Source: Pirellulales bacterium
Lineage (GTDB): Bacteria; Planctomycetota; Planctomycetia; Pirellulales; PALSA-1355
DNA: 64,000 nt
Direction: 5' to 3'
Assembly: GCA_963733035.1 (NCBI GenBank)
Contig: CAVTBU010000005.1
Coordinates: 2,080,001 to 2,144,000, forward strand
In this document: in pieces, positions 1-10,930 of the stretch
How positions within the stretch are numbered: position 1 is the first letter of the stretch
Layout of the letters: the number at the start of each line of letters is the position of its first letter
Made by a program: the position numbers and the translations under genes
Notes under the pieces: generated by a model
What the model was told of the DNA's origin: nothing
Seen by the model: only the letters and a program-made list of their open reading frames with translations
The model's database searches: none

Positions 1-52
1 CGTACGTACCTAAAAATTTCGGCAAAGATCGAAGGCCGCGGTTCACGGACGA

Positions 53-520
53 CTATTCACCGCCCTGAACCACTCCCAACAGACTTAGCAACTGCCGCCA
101 AAACACGTCGTATCCAAATAAGACCAGCGCCAGAAACAGGATCAACAAGATCACGACCAGCGAACTGCGAATCAACTCCGCTCTCGTGGGCCAGGAAACC
201 TTGTTCATTTCCGCTTCAACAGCGATCAGGAAATCCGCAAAGCTTGGAATATTGACCAACCGAAACGCAATCCAAATTCCTACCAGGGCCAACAGTCCAG
301 GAAGCCCAAACCGCATCACGTGCTCGCTGTTGTCGCCCAAAAAAGGGACGCGCCATCCGATTGCGGCCACGCTTAACCGCCAAGCCCCCAGCAGCACGCC
401 CAAAGCCAGTACGGCAAACGTAACCTGCCGGGCCACGCGACCCTGGCTGCGTTTGTAAATGCCGAGCTGGAACAGTTCTCGAAAAAACAGGCCCAGCGGG
501 GCGTTCTTTTCCTTCGCCAT
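53..520 (-). CDS. secE: preprotein translocase subunit SecE
   Basis: DFLIAVEAEMNKVSWPTRAEL motif, TM segments, position downstream of tuf and tRNA-Trp. Confidence 0.95.
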   Translation of the reverse strand: MAKEKNAPLGLFFRELFQLGIYKRSQGRVARQVTFAVLALGVLLGAWRLSVAAIGWRVPFLGDNSEHVMRFGLPGLLALVGIWIAFRLVNIPSFADFLIAVEAEMNKVSWPTRAELIRSSLVVILLILFLALVLFGYDVFWRQLLSLLGVVQGGE

Positions 521-682
521 GACGTTGCTCGTGCGTGGTCGGCTCGATATCGATTAGCGCCGGACGTCTTGCCCGATGCTCCGGTTGGAATCGCGAATCA
601 CACAAACCCGAAAACTAAACGACGAAGCAAGCCACGGCCGGTGCGATTCCACCCGGCCGAGCACACCTCACGCTTTATGAAC

Positions 683-758
683 TGGCAGGGGCGGCGGGAA
701 TCGAACTCGCAACCTCTGGTTTTGGAGACCAGCGCTCTGCCAATTGAGCTACACCCCT
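683..758 (-). tRNA. tRNA-Trp (CCA)
   Basis: Cloverleaf on minus strand, anticodon CCA, encoded 3' CCA, canonical tuf-trpT-secE position. Confidence 0.97.
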
Positions 759-821
759 GCAAAGCGGACCGTCGCGAGCGGCTGCTTTAGCCACCGCCAC
801 GGTAACCGACCTTGTTCGCTA

Positions 822-2021
822 CTACGCAATGATCTTCGTGACCACGCCGGAGCCCACCGTGCGGCCGCCTTCGCGAATTGCGAAACGCACACCGTCATCC
901 ATGGCAATCGGCGTAATCAACTCCACACTCAGCTTGGCATTGTCACCCGGCATGCACATTTCAGCATCGCCGACCAGGTTGGCCGAGCCGGTCACGTCGG
1001 TCGTGCGGAAGTAAAACTGCGGACGGTAACCGCTAAAGAACGGCGTATGGCGCCCGCCTTCCTCCTTCGACAACACGTAGACCTCGGCCTCGAACTTGGT
1101 GTGCGGCGTGATCGAACCTGGCTTGGCCAACACCTGACCGCGCTCGATTTCCTCACGCTTGATACCACGCAAGAGCACGCCAACGTTGTCGCCAGCCTGC
1201 CCCTGATCGAGTGTCTTATTGAACATCTCGACACCGGTGCAGGTCGTCTTACGTGACTTGTCGCTCAGACCGATCACCTCAACCTCGTCGCCGACCTTGC
1301 AGATGCCGCGCTCAATACGGCCGGTGGCCACGGTACCGCGGCCTTCGATCGAAAACACGTCCTCGATCGCCATCAGGAACGGCTTGTCGACTTCGCGCTG
1401 CGGCTCCGGAATATAGCTGTCGATCGCATCCAGCAACTCCTGGATGCACTTGGTCTTTTCCGGATCGGTCGGGTTGTCATAAGCGAGCTTGCCGGCACCT
1501 CGGATGATCGGAATCTCGTCGCCCGGGAAGCCATACTTCGTGAGCAGCTCACGCAGCTCAAGCTCCACCAACTCGAGCAATTCCGGATCGTCGACCAGAT
1601 CGACCTTGTTCAGGAACACGACCAAAGCCGGCACGCCCACCTGGCGGGCCAACAGGATGTGCTCGCGGGTTTGTGGCATCGGGCCGTCGACGGCCGACAC
1701 GACCAGGATCGCGCCGTCCATCTGGGCCGCACCGGTGATCATGTTCTTGATGAAGTCGGCGTGACCAGGGCAGTCGATGTGGGCGTAATGGCGATTCTCG
1801 CTTTCGTACTCGACGTGACTGACGGCGATCGTCACCGTCTTCGTCTCATCGCGAACGGTACCGCCCTTGGCGATATCCGCGTACGACTTAAAGTTCGCCA
1901 AACCCTTGGCCGACTGCACTGCCAGAAGGGCACCGGTCAATGTGGTTTTACCGTGATCAATGTGACCGATCGTGCCCACATTGACGTGTGGCTTCTTCCG
2001 TTCAAATGTGTCCTTGGCCAT
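822..2021 (-). CDS. tuf: elongation factor Tu
   Basis: [21 protein letters not shown] and GGRHTPFF motifs. Confidence 0.99.
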   Translation of the reverse strand: MAKDTFERKKPHVNVGTIGHIDHGKTTLTGALLAVQSAKGLANFKSYADIAKGGTVRDETKTVTIAVSHVEYESENRHYAHIDCPGHADFIKNMITGAAQMDGAILVVSAVDGPMPQTREHILLARQVGVPALVVFLNKVDLVDDPELLELVELELRELLTKYGFPGDEIPIIRGAGKLAYDNPTDPEKTKCIQELLDAIDSYIPEPQREVDKPFLMAIEDVFSIEGRGTVATGRIERGICKVGDEVEVIGLSDKSRKTTCTGVEMFNKTLDQGQAGDNVGVLLRGIKREEIERGQVLAKPGSITPHTKFEAEVYVLSKEEGGRHTPFFSGYRPQFYFRTTDVTGSANLVGDAEMCMPGDNAKLSVELITPIAMDDGVRFAIREGGRTVGSGVVTKIIA

Positions 2022-2090
2022 TCTTTCTCCCTGATCTTTCTACGACAGATGTGTTTGTGAACTGGGTTATCTTGCAAATCCAAATATCAA

Positions 2091-2163
<73 letters not shown>

Positions 2164-2254
2164 CCGAGTTCATCCCTGCATTTCATTCATCCTGCGTACC
2201 CGCCCGATTGCTGCTGTCGTCCGGGCCAAAGGCATTTCAATTCATGTCAAACTA

Positions 2255-2325
2255 AGCGGGTGAAGGGAATCGAACCCTCGTCTTTAGCTTGGAAGGCTAT
2301 GGCTCTACCATTGAGCTACACCCGC
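2255..2325 (-). tRNA. tRNA-Gly (TCC)
   Basis: GCGGGTG acceptor stem, anticodon TCC, GTTCGA T-loop. Confidence 0.96.
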
Positions 2326-2504
2326 GTGTCACAGCACCCTGGCAAGCACTTCGATGTCAACCACGCTCCGCTCGGCCCGCCACTGAACCGTGCTACGTTT
2401 CCTCTCCCGAGACCCAAGCCCCCCTACCTACAACCAACCCGACCTACCAGCGAACTCATTCTGAGAACCACGTCCAAGGCAGGCGAATATCAACGCAAAA
2501 CTAG

Positions 2505-2586
2505 TGGGGGGTACAGGATTCGAACCTGTGAAGGCAGTGCCATCAGATTTACAGTCTGACCCCTTTGACCGCTCGGGAAACCCCCC
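2505..2586 (-). tRNA. tRNA-Tyr (GTA)
   Basis: Anticodon loop CTGTAAA, long variable arm, GTTCGAATC. Confidence 0.96.
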
Positions 2587-2684
2587 GCTCACTCCTGGCC
2601 CGACAACCGTGTCCCACTGGGACGGGCGTGTTCCCGGAAATCCGATCCTCAGCCGATGACCGCCTTCCCCTCCGCCGCTCTGAG

Positions 2685-2757
2685 AGCTAGCGGAGGGACT
2701 TGAACCCACAACCTGCTGATTACAAATCAGCTGCTCTGCCAATTGAGCTACGCTAGC
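2685..2757 (-). tRNA. tRNA-Thr (TGT)
   Basis: GCTAGCG acceptor stem, anticodon loop TTTGTAA; first gene of the Thr-Tyr-Gly-Thr-tuf cluster. Confidence 0.96.
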
Positions 2758-2781
2758 GCGTTCCCCCTACGAAAACCACTA

Positions 2782-2809
2782 AATATAACGAACTTATCCA
2801 CCCGTGCAA
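2782..2809 (-). promoter_or_regulatory. putative sigma-70 promoter of the tRNA-tuf operon
   Basis: TTGCAC-N16-TATATT on minus strand just upstream of the first tRNA. Confidence 0.55.
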
Positions 2810-3227
2810 TACGGGGCGTCCGGGGCAATTTCGGCGATCTCCGTCCACCAACGACAAAAGCCACCAAACGCCCGATAAGCGGAAAATCAAAGTGCTGACC
2901 GCCCGCTAAAAATTCTCCGTTTACACGATTCGTGCCCCAGCCGAGAAGAGAACGACGCAGTGCGCGCAAGCCCCATCGACTGGCAACAATCAAGGAACAT
3001 GCCGGGCGACAAAGATGGCTCCACGAGGAGATCTGCTTTACTCCGCTAAATCGTGCAGCCGCTCGCCGGCCTCCTTTTGGCTCGATCCCCTGGCTCGGGG
3101 CACCAACGAAAGCATCCCCGAGGGCTCCAGGCGAGCTCTCGGGGGTGCTGTGCGAAACCTAATCACAAACAAGATGCTACGGCACGAGTAATTTCCCGTC
3201 TAGGGGGGACCCCCGACAGACGGATAC

Positions 3228-4898
3228 TCATGCAGGGCCGGGAACGTCGATTTTCTCTTCCTGAGCCGCGACTCGAAGCTTGTTGAGAGCTCGAGCCTCG
3301 ATCTGACGAACCCGCTCCTTGGTAACACCCATTTCGGCGCCAACTTCTTTCAAAGTCTGGGGTTCGTGACCATGATCGAGGCCAAAGCGGCTGATGATGA
3401 TTTTCTGTTCTCGCTCATCAAGCCGCTCCAGGATTTTGCCGATCTGAGACTCTCTTTGAGCCTGGGCACTCTCCTGCTCGTACTGGTCGGTACGCCGCTC
3501 TTCGGTGCTAGCAAACATCTCCGAGTGACTTGTGCGGAACCGATCACGGTGACGATGTTCATCCGGAATCGTCCGGGCGAAGTTCTTCATGATCGCCCAA
3601 CTGGCATACGTGCTGAACTTGTTGCCGCGGGCGAAGTCAAACTTCTCCACAGCCCGAATCAATGACATGTTGCCGTCGCTGACCAACTCGAAAAAGTTAT
3701 CGGCTTGACCAACGTGCCGCTTGGCGATCGAAACCACCAGACGCAGGTTCGCTCGCACGATCTGATTCTTGAGCGCGACGATCTGGTCATAGAGCTTCTC
3801 GATCTGGTCCATGAGGCTGCTCTTGGCCTTGTTGACGTCGAGCTGATCGCGAAGCTTCGAGGCCTTGTACTTCAGGTAGTTGAACTTACGGAACAAATGT
3901 GCTTCCTGCTCGCGCGTTAGCAACGGAACCTCGTACAGACTAGCCAAATACGGCGGCAATCCACTGGGCAAACGCGTCTTTTTGGTCGGCGTCGGATTTT
4001 CAGGCATCGGCGCCGTGATCGTCTTTTCCGCCGTGGACCGGCCGAAGTACGGGTTCGGAATATAGTCGATCGGCAATTCCAAGATCCGCTGAGCCCGCAT
4101 CTCGTTGATCACGCGGTAGACGCTGGTCTTGGTGCGGTGATAGCGCTTGGCCAGCGTTTCCACGGGGGCGCCGCGACGATATTGCTGGAAAATCCGCCGC
4201 TTGTCGTCGTCTCCCAACGGGCCGGTGTGGTCCGGAAAAATGGCCAGGTCCGGATGTTCCTGATCGAACTGCTTCAAGGTGTATCGCACGGTTTCCACGC
4301 TTCTTCCCATCCTTTTCGCCACGCGCTTGGTGACTTCAGCCAGATTGCCACCGGCACGCGCCAGGCGTCGCGCACGCTCTACCATGTCACTACGCTCGTC
4401 GAGCGTTAGCTGGCTGAACCGAGCCCCGCGCCGAACTCGCTCCTCGTTCTTTGAGACGAAGTTCTCGACCGAACTCTTCAAAAAACCGACTCGTTTTCGG
4501 CCGTCGAAGACAAACCGCCGGCTGACCAGTCCCTGCTGCCGCCAACGCGAGATGGTCTTGGTCGAAACCTTGAACATCTTGCTCAACTCTTCGACCGTCA
4601 GCACGCGCTCGCCGGCACCGCTGGCCGGAACGTCGGCTGCGTCTGACAGATCCTCGACAAACAAGCGCAGATCATGCCCGGCGTCTCGACCCGACAATTT
4701 CAGATTCGGAAACGACTCGGGCCGGTAATCGGTGATCCGGAAACACAGATACTCGTAGGTGTACGTCCGCGACGCATCGAGTTCGGCAATTAGCTTCTCG
4801 GCCCGGTTGACCTGTTCGATCTTCTTCTCCCGGGGAGCAAAACGGACTTGCTGATCTCGCAGCTGGCGGATGATCGCGTTGTGGTAATCAGAATGCAT
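3228..4898 (-). CDS. sigma-70 family RNA polymerase sigma factor with long N-terminal HTH-containing extension
   Basis: Region 1.2 (YLASLYEVPLLTREQE), region 2 (ANLRLVVSIAK...KFSTYASWAI), region 4 (TLKEVGAEMGVTKERVRQIE); start taken at ATG 4898 (MHSDY). Confidence 0.92.
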   Translation of the reverse strand: MHSDYHNAIIRQLRDQQVRFAPREKKIEQVNRAEKLIAELDASRTYTYEYLCFRITDYRPESFPNLKLSGRDAGHDLRLFVEDLSDAADVPASGAGERVLTVEELSKMFKVSTKTISRWRQQGLVSRRFVFDGRKRVGFLKSSVENFVSKNEERVRRGARFSQLTLDERSDMVERARRLARAGGNLAEVTKRVAKRMGRSVETVRYTLKQFDQEHPDLAIFPDHTGPLGDDDKRRIFQQYRRGAPVETLAKRYHRTKTSVYRVINEMRAQRILELPIDYIPNPYFGRSTAEKTITAPMPENPTPTKKTRLPSGLPPYLASLYEVPLLTREQEAHLFRKFNYLKYKASKLRDQLDVNKAKSSLMDQIEKLYDQIVALKNQIVRANLRLVVSIAKRHVGQADNFFELVSDGNMSLIRAVEKFDFARGNKFSTYASWAIMKNFARTIPDEHRHRDRFRTSHSEMFASTEERRTDQYEQESAQAQRESQIGKILERLDEREQKIIISRFGLDHGHEPQTLKEVGAEMGVTKERVRQIEARALNKLRVAAQEEKIDVPGPA

Positions 4899-5541
4899 GA
4901 CGTGAACCTCTTCGCAGGTTTCGGCGGTGTTCCTTGCGTCTCCAGCGCCCTCTCCGAAACCGACCTCCTGGGGTTGCACGCTCCATCAATGGAACGTGAC
5001 TTTTCCGACGAACGGAATCTCTGCTTCTGCCCCTTGCCGGGCCAGCGACTCACGCATATGAGGCTCCGGCCCCGTTATGTATTCGCTGCCCAAGGTGTTT
5101 GGTTGTCCGAAATCCTCAGGTGTCGAACCGGAACACGGCAATTCGGTGACAAGCCGGGTTTTGCCGGGTATGTGATTGGCGTTCTTACAACCGGCCAGAC
5201 CTGAAATGCATTATTCTCTACGTATAAAAGTCACCACGGATCGTGGGAAGTTCGCGCTACGCTGCTATTTCCGCAGTTTTGCTGGATTTTTCACCCCTTT
5301 CGGTCGCACCCTTGTCCTTATAACAAATATGGCTGATTTCAGCCCACTTGGGTTCGCTAGCAGCCAAATACTTTGCGGCAACTAGCAATACCGGAAATTC
5401 CGTGGTTTTCCCAGCTTCCCATCGCCGAAACTGGTCAACTGCCGGGCTTTTGCGGGTCGATGTATCCTGTTGACTCCCTTGCGTGTTCTGCGTAAGGAGT
5501 ATTGCAAACCTTGTGCCGCATCTCTTCTCGGGGGCCCTGGA

Positions 5542-6918
5542 ATGGATTCCAGCCGCACTGTCCGCGTCGCTACCTATTTTCTGCTTCTTTTTTTAGCCGC
5601 GGCCGCGCGCGTCGGTGCTGCGCAAAGTGGCGAGAAGCACATGCTTGCGGCAGACCACCAGCCAGGCGAACTGACCCGCGTGCAGATTGCCCTGCAAGTG
5701 GGCGGCGACTTGAAACTGGTCAGCGACGCCGGCAAAGCCAGCGATCTGCCCATGAGCGTCGTAGCCAACCTGGCCTACGACGAATCGCTATTGGTCGTCG
5801 ACCCGGCCGGCAAGCCGACCCGTAGCGCCCGCTACTACGACGACGTGCGGGCGGTCATCAAGATTGACAAGGGGGGCGAAAAGCCGTCGCTCGACACCTC
5901 GCGGCGGTTGATCGTCGCCGAGCGGCCAGAGGGCTCCGCTTGTCAGCTATTTTGTCCCGCTGAGCCATTGAAGCGCGAAGAGCTCGATTTGATTGATGTG
6001 CCTGGCGGCAGCCTGATTCTCGATGACCTGCTGCCGGCCGATCCGGTAGCTCTCGGCGAATCCTGGAAACTCACTGACACGACGCTGGCCGCCCTCCTGT
6101 GCCTCGATGCCGTCGGTTGGAGTGACGCCAGCGCGGTGCTCGGCGAAATAAAGGACGGTCTGGCCGACATCGCGGCCGCCGGCACCCTGAACGGCGCAGT
6201 TGGCGGCATCGCGACCGAGATTGAGGTAAAGATCAAGCTGAAGTTCGACGTTCAAGCCCGGCACATCACGCAGTTTGCAATGCTCGTAAAGGAAAAGCGG
6301 GCCGTGGGGCACATTGGTCCCGGGCTTGATACGGTAGCGAAATTGATTGTCAACCTGACGCCCATCGAGCATTCAATGCATCTCACGGCGCAGGTACTGG
6401 AAACGATTCCCTTACAGACGGCTCCCGAGCAGCTAGCCCTGGGCTATACGCCCAAAGGGGGCCAATTTCGCTTCCAGTACGACCGACGTTGGTACGTCAC
6501 CGAGGATGATCCCAAACTGGCGGTTCTGCGAATGCTGGATCGTGGCGAACTGATCGCGCAGTGCAATATCTCGGCCCTGCCGAAACTCGAGAAACCCGTT
6601 ACTCTGGCCGCGTTCCAACGCGATGTCGAACGCTCGCTCGGCAAGAACTTCGGTCAATTTGTCGGTGCCAGCCAGGAAGTAAACCAGGCCGGCTATGCCG
6701 TGTTCCGCGTGGCGGTTCACGGTGAGGTGGGCGGCCTGCCGATCGAGTGGATCTACTACCTGGTCCAGGACCGGGGCGGCCACCGCGTCTCGTTGGCATT
6801 CACGCTCGAACAGAGCCTTGCCGAACGCTTCGACGCGACGGACCAAGCCATCGTGGCGGCCATGATGCTCACCGAGCCGCCGACGCCCACGGCAGCCAAG
6901 CCGGTGGAAACCAAGTAG
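5542..6918 (+). CDS. secreted hypothetical protein
   Basis: Long ORF with signal-peptide-like N-terminus; no family recognised. Confidence 0.8.
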   Translation: MDSSRTVRVATYFLLLFLAAAARVGAAQSGEKHMLAADHQPGELTRVQIALQVGGDLKLVSDAGKASDLPMSVVANLAYDESLLVVDPAGKPTRSARYYDDVRAVIKIDKGGEKPSLDTSRRLIVAERPEGSACQLFCPAEPLKREELDLIDVPGGSLILDDLLPADPVALGESWKLTDTTLAALLCLDAVGWSDASAVLGEIKDGLADIAAAGTLNGAVGGIATEIEVKIKLKFDVQARHITQFAMLVKEKRAVGHIGPGLDTVAKLIVNLTPIEHSMHLTAQVLETIPLQTAPEQLALGYTPKGGQFRFQYDRRWYVTEDDPKLAVLRMLDRGELIAQCNISALPKLEKPVTLAAFQRDVERSLGKNFGQFVGASQEVNQAGYAVFRVAVHGEVGGLPIEWIYYLVQDRGGHRVSLAFTLEQSLAERFDATDQAIVAAMMLTEPPTPTAAKPVETK

Positions 6919-6953
6919 CTCGTTTCGCCGCGGCGGTCGTTATAATTGCCGCC

Positions 6954-7226
6954 ATGAGCCAGGCATCCTCGAAATTCCGTTGGTGGCTGCTGCTGATCTA
7001 TATGGTTGGCGGATCCACGCTCTGGTCGCTGTATATCGCGTACCTTTCGATATTCCCGCCGAATCGCGAAGCGCTCGGAGACGAGACCTACACCTCTGCG
7101 TGGCGATGGATCGTTGTCGGAGGCGCCGCGCAAGGGGCGACGATCTATTTCATGACGCTCTATCTGCCGCGCATTGCTGCGTGGTGGAGGCGCAGAATAA
7201 TGGTCGACTCGTCGAGTAAAAAATAG
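6954..7226 (+). CDS. small two-TM membrane protein
   Basis: ATG 7 nt after TATAAT; two hydrophobic segments; fills the gap between flanking genes. Confidence 0.65.
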   Translation: MSQASSKFRWWLLLIYMVGGSTLWSLYIAYLSIFPPNREALGDETYTSAWRWIVVGGAAQGATIYFMTLYLPRIAAWWRRRIMVDSSSKK

Positions 7227-7260
7227 GAGTGCCGCTCGGTACGCGGCAAACCACTCGACC

Positions 7261-8043
7261 ATGATTCGCCGCGAAATTGCCGCTCGCGAAGGAGTGCCCG
7301 CCGCCTGGGTCATCATCTCGCAGATCGATCACGCCCGCCTGGCTGCCAAGCTGTCGAAACATTGGGGTGGCGGGCCGTTTGCCGCGATTGAACCGCGCGA
7401 GCCATTGCAATGGGCCATCGAGCATCACGACGACGGCTGGCGCGATTGGGACAGGCACCCCGGTGTCGACGCGTCAACCGGGGTGCCTCGCCAGTTCACC
7501 GAGATGGAACCTGCCGAAACGCTCGCAATTTGGACCCAATCAATCGACGCCGCCGCTGCGCAAGGATTACTGGAAGGTTACCTCGTAGCCGGACACTTCT
7601 GCCGCCTGGGGCGTCGCGCAACGGCCGGCAAAGACCATGATGCCAGCTGGCAGCCCTTCATCCAGTTTCTCGACCACTACGAACGGAACTCGCAAGAATG
7701 GCTTGCCCAATGGCAATCACAATCGCCAGAGTTCAATACTCCCCAACGCGCCGCGAAATCGCTCGATCAATTGCAATTCTTTGACACCTTCAGCCTCTGG
7801 TTCTGCTGTTCCGAATCCACGGATCGCGAAGTCGTTGATACCCCCTCCGGCACGGATCTAACGATCGACCCGCGCAGCGGTTCGCAAATCCGCCTCAGTC
7901 CCTGGCCGCTGTCGGTCGAAACCCTGGAATTGGAAGTCACCGGCCGACTGATCCCGGCCGACCGCTATACGAAGGCTGACGACTTGGCCGCCGCGCGGTC
8001 GCAGGCGATCACGCTCCGCTGGAAGCTAATGCCCCGGTCCTAG
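7261..8043 (+). CDS. DUF3891 family protein
   Basis: MIRRE...ISQIDHARLAAKLSKHWG and AIEHHDDGW motifs. Confidence 0.8.
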   Translation: MIRREIAAREGVPAAWVIISQIDHARLAAKLSKHWGGGPFAAIEPREPLQWAIEHHDDGWRDWDRHPGVDASTGVPRQFTEMEPAETLAIWTQSIDAAAAQGLLEGYLVAGHFCRLGRRATAGKDHDASWQPFIQFLDHYERNSQEWLAQWQSQSPEFNTPQRAAKSLDQLQFFDTFSLWFCCSESTDREVVDTPSGTDLTIDPRSGSQIRLSPWPLSVETLELEVTGRLIPADRYTKADDLAAARSQAITLRWKLMPRS

Positions 8044-8082
8044 AACATTGCGGAAATCCTCCTTAGAAGACGATGGCTCAAG

Positions 8083-8493
8083 ATGAACTTCACCGAAAAG
8101 ATACCTGCCGACCTCGAAGGCCGGGAAACGGTGGTCGTGACGCGTGAAATCACCGTGGCACACTTCCATCCCGAGATGCCCGAGGTTTATGGCACGCCGT
8201 TCATGATCTACCTGATGGAAGTGGCCGCCACCAACGCCATCCAACCATTCTTACCCGAGGGCTATACGTCGGTGGGCACCGTGGTCCACGTGCGGCATCT
8301 GGCCGCCACGCCAATTGGACGTACTGTGACTGCCAAAGCCAAGGTCGAATCGATGACCGATCGCACGGTCACCTTCAGCGTCGAAAGCCACGACGGTCAC
8401 GAACTGATTGGCTCCGGAACCCACACCCGAGCCGTCATCGATCTGGCTCGCTTCAATCGGCAGCTCGAATTCAAGCGTAACGGCGGAGCATAG
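8083..8493 (+). CDS. hotdog-fold thioesterase (fluoroacetyl-CoA thioesterase FlK-like)
   Basis: VYGTPFMIYLME, SVGTVVHVRHLAATPIG, IGSGTHTRAV. Confidence 0.9.
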   Translation: MNFTEKIPADLEGRETVVVTREITVAHFHPEMPEVYGTPFMIYLMEVAATNAIQPFLPEGYTSVGTVVHVRHLAATPIGRTVTAKAKVESMTDRTVTFSVESHDGHELIGSGTHTRAVIDLARFNRQLEFKRNGGA

Positions 8494-8541
8494 GCGAGAG
8501 GGGACGAATTCCAGACCCGTCGCGCCGCCGGCACCCAGCAA

Positions 8542-9222
8542 CTATTTCTGAGTCCGTAGCGGCTGACTCGCAAGCTGTGCGGGTGCGTCGATCCAGGAGG
8601 CCGATTCGTCCGTTGCTTTGGCGATCTGAGTCGGCACCGAACCGGTCTCGACGGGGCCGGCTCCCATCAATTTCCAGCTCTTGAAATCGCTGCGTGCCAG
8701 CACGGCGTGGCCCCCCAGCACGGGCCTCCGCGTCTTCACGTCGAAGGCCACGATCTTGAGTTTGGCCGTGCCGTTGGCGCGAGTCCGCGATATCAAAGTC
8801 ACCTGCGGGATCGAAATCGGCGATGGCGGTGGTAGCGGAATCTCCGATACGCCGACAAACTTCTCCTGCCGGTCGGTTCCGACGGCGCCGCTGGTGACAT
8901 GCATCACGACATCGGCATCCTCAGGCTTGTCAACGAGCGTCGAACCGTTTCTGAGGATGCGTTCTTCGAGAGATACGATCACGTAGTTCTTGTCCACGCA
9001 GTCAAGATACTTCTCTTCCAGGTAGACCTTGGCACCGCGGATCGGTGCGAAGTCGACCTTGTCGAGTGCTTGATCAACGGCACTGGAAACCAACAGCTGT
9101 TCGATGCCAGTCCGGGCCGTGTCCGACTCCTTCGTGGTCGCGCAACCAGCCAAGAGCACGAGGACGCACCCCCAAGTCATCCAGCAACCACGGCATCCCG
9201 CAATATTTGTGGACTGCATCAT
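8542..9222 (-). CDS. lipoprotein, DUF6655/MafA-like
   Basis: Lipobox LLAGC followed by TARTGIEQLLVSSAVDQA. Confidence 0.7.
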   Translation of the reverse strand: MMQSTNIAGCRGCWMTWGCVLVLLAGCATTKESDTARTGIEQLLVSSAVDQALDKVDFAPIRGAKVYLEEKYLDCVDKNYVIVSLEERILRNGSTLVDKPEDADVVMHVTSGAVGTDRQEKFVGVSEIPLPPPSPISIPQVTLISRTRANGTAKLKIVAFDVKTRRPVLGGHAVLARSDFKSWKLMGAGPVETGSVPTQIAKATDESASWIDAPAQLASQPLRTQK

Positions 9223-9530
9223 GAACGCCCATCCCCGGGGAACGGAAATTTCTAACGGTATCCTCCTATCGACCGTTCCGATTGCATAAGTTGAATGGGA
9301 TACGCGGACGGCGAGGATCCCTAAGCACGGATCGCCGCCGTCAGGCCCACAAATCGCTTTCCCAATCCAGGCAGTTTACCCGTCCTTAAAGTTTGACCCT
9401 TCCACCTAAACCTATCTATACTGGATAGTTCCGAGCGGGCCGCCGGGGTCTTGATGGCGGCGGGCATCGCCTCGCATGACGCCCCTTTGCTTGTAACTTC
9501 ACATCGGAACACGTAAACGAGACGCATTGC

Positions 9531-10448
9531 ATGCGCCATCTGCTCACTTCGACGACGTTCTGCTGGACTTTGCTGACCGCCTTCGCCGTGGGCGCCTCGC
9601 TAACGCGCACTGCGGAACCTTCGGCTCCTTATCGTGCCCTGGCACCGGGCGTGGAAATCACCATTCCGCCTAACCCGCAGGAAAAGGAAACGGTATCCAA
9701 GGCCGACATCATTGAAATCCTGCATGGCATCCCGGGACTGGAGTGGACGCCCAACTTCGCGCCCGAGACGCAGACGCTCAAGCAAATGGCCACGGGCACG
9801 GAGTTTCGCCGCGAAATCTGGTGCCTGGAGTTCACGTTCAAGCCGGTTCGAATGATCTGGGTCGACGTGCCGCAAGCCAGCGGCAAAATGCAGCGGAAAC
9901 TGATCTGGTACCTGGTTTATCACGTGCGCAACATGGGCGGCGCGCTCAGGCCGACAAAGAAAGACGACGGCTCGGTGGTCGTCGAGTCGACCGACCGAGA
10001 GATCCGCTTTTTCCCGCAGTTCGTGCTTGAATCGCACGAATACAAGAAGGCGTATCTAGACCGTCTCATTCCGACTGCCGTGTTGGCCATTCAGCAGAAG
10101 GAAGATCCGAATCGCAAGCTACTCAACAGCGTGGAAATCGGTAGTCAACTCGTGCCGATCTCGACCGATTTGGTCGACAAGAGTTTGTGGGGTGTCGCCA
10201 CCTGGGAAAGCGTCGACCCCCGAGTTGACTATTTCTCGGTCTACGTTGAAGGGCTCACGAATGCCTATCGCTGGATTGATCCACAGGGCGTCTTCAAAGC
10301 GGGAGATGCCCCGACCACGGGCCGCGTGCTGCTGCAAAAGAATCTGATGCTCAATTTCTGGCGGCCTGGCGACGAACGGCTGGAAGACAAGCAGACCATC
10401 TACTACGGCATTCCTGGCAAGGTTGACTATAGTTGGGTCTATCGGTAG
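9531..10448 (+). CDS. secreted hypothetical protein
   Basis: Signal peptide, long ORF upstream of rpmA. Confidence 0.8.
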   Translation: MRHLLTSTTFCWTLLTAFAVGASLTRTAEPSAPYRALAPGVEITIPPNPQEKETVSKADIIEILHGIPGLEWTPNFAPETQTLKQMATGTEFRREIWCLEFTFKPVRMIWVDVPQASGKMQRKLIWYLVYHVRNMGGALRPTKKDDGSVVVESTDREIRFFPQFVLESHEYKKAYLDRLIPTAVLAIQQKEDPNRKLLNSVEIGSQLVPISTDLVDKSLWGVATWESVDPRVDYFSVYVEGLTNAYRWIDPQGVFKAGDAPTTGRVLLQKNLMLNFWRPGDERLEDKQTIYYGIPGKVDYSWVYR

Positions 10449-10550
10449 ATTGGTGGATTCGGTACCGGCACAAATTGCAAGTTTTTTCGCGAAGGGTCAT
10501 GCCCGCGCCGCCCCGAACCGGGGCAGCCGACGCGGCGGAGAAGGTCAGCC

Positions 10551-10799
10551 ATGGCACATAAGAAGGGACAAGGTTCCAGCCGAAACGGTCGCGATTCGAA
10601 TGCTCAGCGCCGCGGCGTCAAGCGCTATGCCGGCCAACAGGTCCGCGCCGGCAATATTCTGGTTCGCCAGGTTGGCACGAAGTTCCTGGCCGGGCGCAAT
10701 GTGGGTCAGGGAACCGACTACACACTGTTTGCCTTAACCGACGGCGTCGTCGAGTTCGACCAGAAAGGTCGCCGCGTCAACGTGGTCGGCGCTGCCTAA
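10551..10799 (+). CDS. rpmA: 50S ribosomal protein L27
   Basis: [16 protein letters not shown]. Confidence 0.99.
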   Translation: MAHKKGQGSSRNGRDSNAQRRGVKRYAGQQVRAGNILVRQVGTKFLAGRNVGQGTDYTLFALTDGVVEFDQKGRRVNVVGAA

Positions 10800-10855
10800 C
10801 TGTCGGTCGCCATCACACCGGTTCAGGGATGCCGGGCGGACACACCCAAGTCACC

Positions 10856-10885
10856 AAGCCCAGGGCACGCTTCACCCTGGGCTTT
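10856..10885 (+). terminator. hairpin between rpmA and obgE (weak terminator or processing stem)
   Basis: AAGCCCAGGG-N9-CCCTGGGCTT, short U-tract. Confidence 0.45.
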
Positions 10886-10930
10886 GCTGTTGCGCTCCAG
10901 TCGCCGCTTCGCATCGCTCAGAAAGTCGCC

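Noticed and set aside
2794..2802. DnaA box / replication origin (TTATCCACC)
   Set aside because: A single 8/9 match with no box cluster or unwinding element
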